DNA of 39,143 bases from assembly GCF_006345805.1 (NCBI RefSeq), contig NW_021835694.1, positions 1-39,143 of the forward strand, in the 5' to 3' direction. How positions within the stretch are numbered: the stretch's first letter is position 1; the number at the start of each line of letters is the position of its first letter. Made by a program: the position numbers and the translations under genes. Under the pieces are notes generated by a model. It did no database searches. It was not told the origin of the DNA and was given only the letters and a program-made list of their open reading frames with translations. This document shows positions 38,440 through 39,143 of the stretch, in pieces. The stretch comes from Octopus sinensis (taxonomy: Eukaryota).

Positions 38440-39005
38440 TTAGGTTGTCTAGAAAGTTCGTGCCGATTTATAGCAGCTTACCTTTCGACTTATTTTAGAT
38501 CATGGTTGAGTCCATAAAATAGGATTTGACTACACCTCCCTTTAGAGCACAGTTTAAGCTATCTTTTCGTGGAAGAAGGTTTATGTCCCTATAGCCTGTG
38601 TTAATTCTGTAACCCTTTAAAATGGAAGATAAGAAAGTTCATTTTCGGCACTTGATGCTTTGGGAACCAGACAAAAATTGCTGCAGCTCGGCTGGGATGT
38701 GTTACCCCACCTTTCATATTCACCAGATATTGCTCCTTCGGATGTTCACTTGTTCAGGTCTCTGCAGAATAATCTTAATGGTAAAAATTTCAATTCCTTG
38801 GATGACGTAAAAAGATACCTTGATAAATTCTATGCCATGAAACCACCTCAGTTCTGGAAAGATGGTATTTTCAAGTTAAAGGAAAGATGGAGACGCATTG
38901 TGCAACCAAGTGGTTCATATTTGGTTGATTAAAAATGTAATGGCAAGTATTTATTGACCTTTTTCTTTCATTTAAAAATCGGCACGAACTTTCCGAACAA
39001 CCCAA
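38440..39005 (+). mobile_element. Internally deleted mariner (566 bp) with both TIRs
   Basis: TIRs TTAGGTTGTCTAGAAAGTTCGTGCCGATTT / AAATCGGCACGAACTTTCCGAACAACCCAA flanked by TA. N-terminal MEDKKVHFRHLMLWE is joined to C-terminal LGWDVLPHLSYSPDIAPSDVHLFRSLQ...GIFKLKERW. Confidence 0.93.
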
Positions 39006-39014
39006 TATACATAT

Positions 39015-39105
<91 letters not shown>

Positions 39106-39143
39106 TGTATATTTATTCTGTCAGTTACATATCAGTATAGTGA

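Noticed and set aside
38660-38932. Functional mariner transposase
   Set aside because: Only the C-terminal ~90 aa and first ~15 aa remain; the DNA-binding domain and first two catalytic aspartates are deleted.

Overview
Repeat-saturated, AT-rich eukaryotic DNA with no recognisable host-gene exon. It most likely comes from a cephalopod (Octopus-like), inferred from the microsatellite load and the tRNA-headed SINEs. Almost all listed ORFs are translations of (TA)n, (CA)n, (CAT)n or (ACC)n. Main features: (1) a 5.3-kb CR1/L2-group LINE (27792-33073) with an AT-rich tandem array at its 5' end, an ORF1 with Myb/SANT-like and CCCH motifs and a frameshifted APE-RT ORF2, inserted into unit 3 of a ~0.95-kb tandem triplication whose other two units keep the empty site; (2) many modular tRNA-derived SINEs, one family sharing its 3' stem-loop with that LINE; (3) a 5'-inverted RTE insertion with a TSD, R4/Dong-like remnants, a Penelope GIY-YIG remnant, a complete non-autonomous Helitron, a hAT MITE with an 8-bp TSD and an internally deleted mariner. 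Most notable are five different short elements carrying minimal hammerhead-ribozyme-like motifs. Three form outward-facing inverted repeats next to (TA)n or (GATA)n, two use the compensatory U3-A8 core, several sit beside tRNA-like Pol III boxes, and two share a 26-codon ORF start with many synonymous differences. This pattern fits a radiation of Penelope-like pseudo-LTR or retrozyme-like elements. All calls come from reading the sequence by eye; no searches or folding were run.
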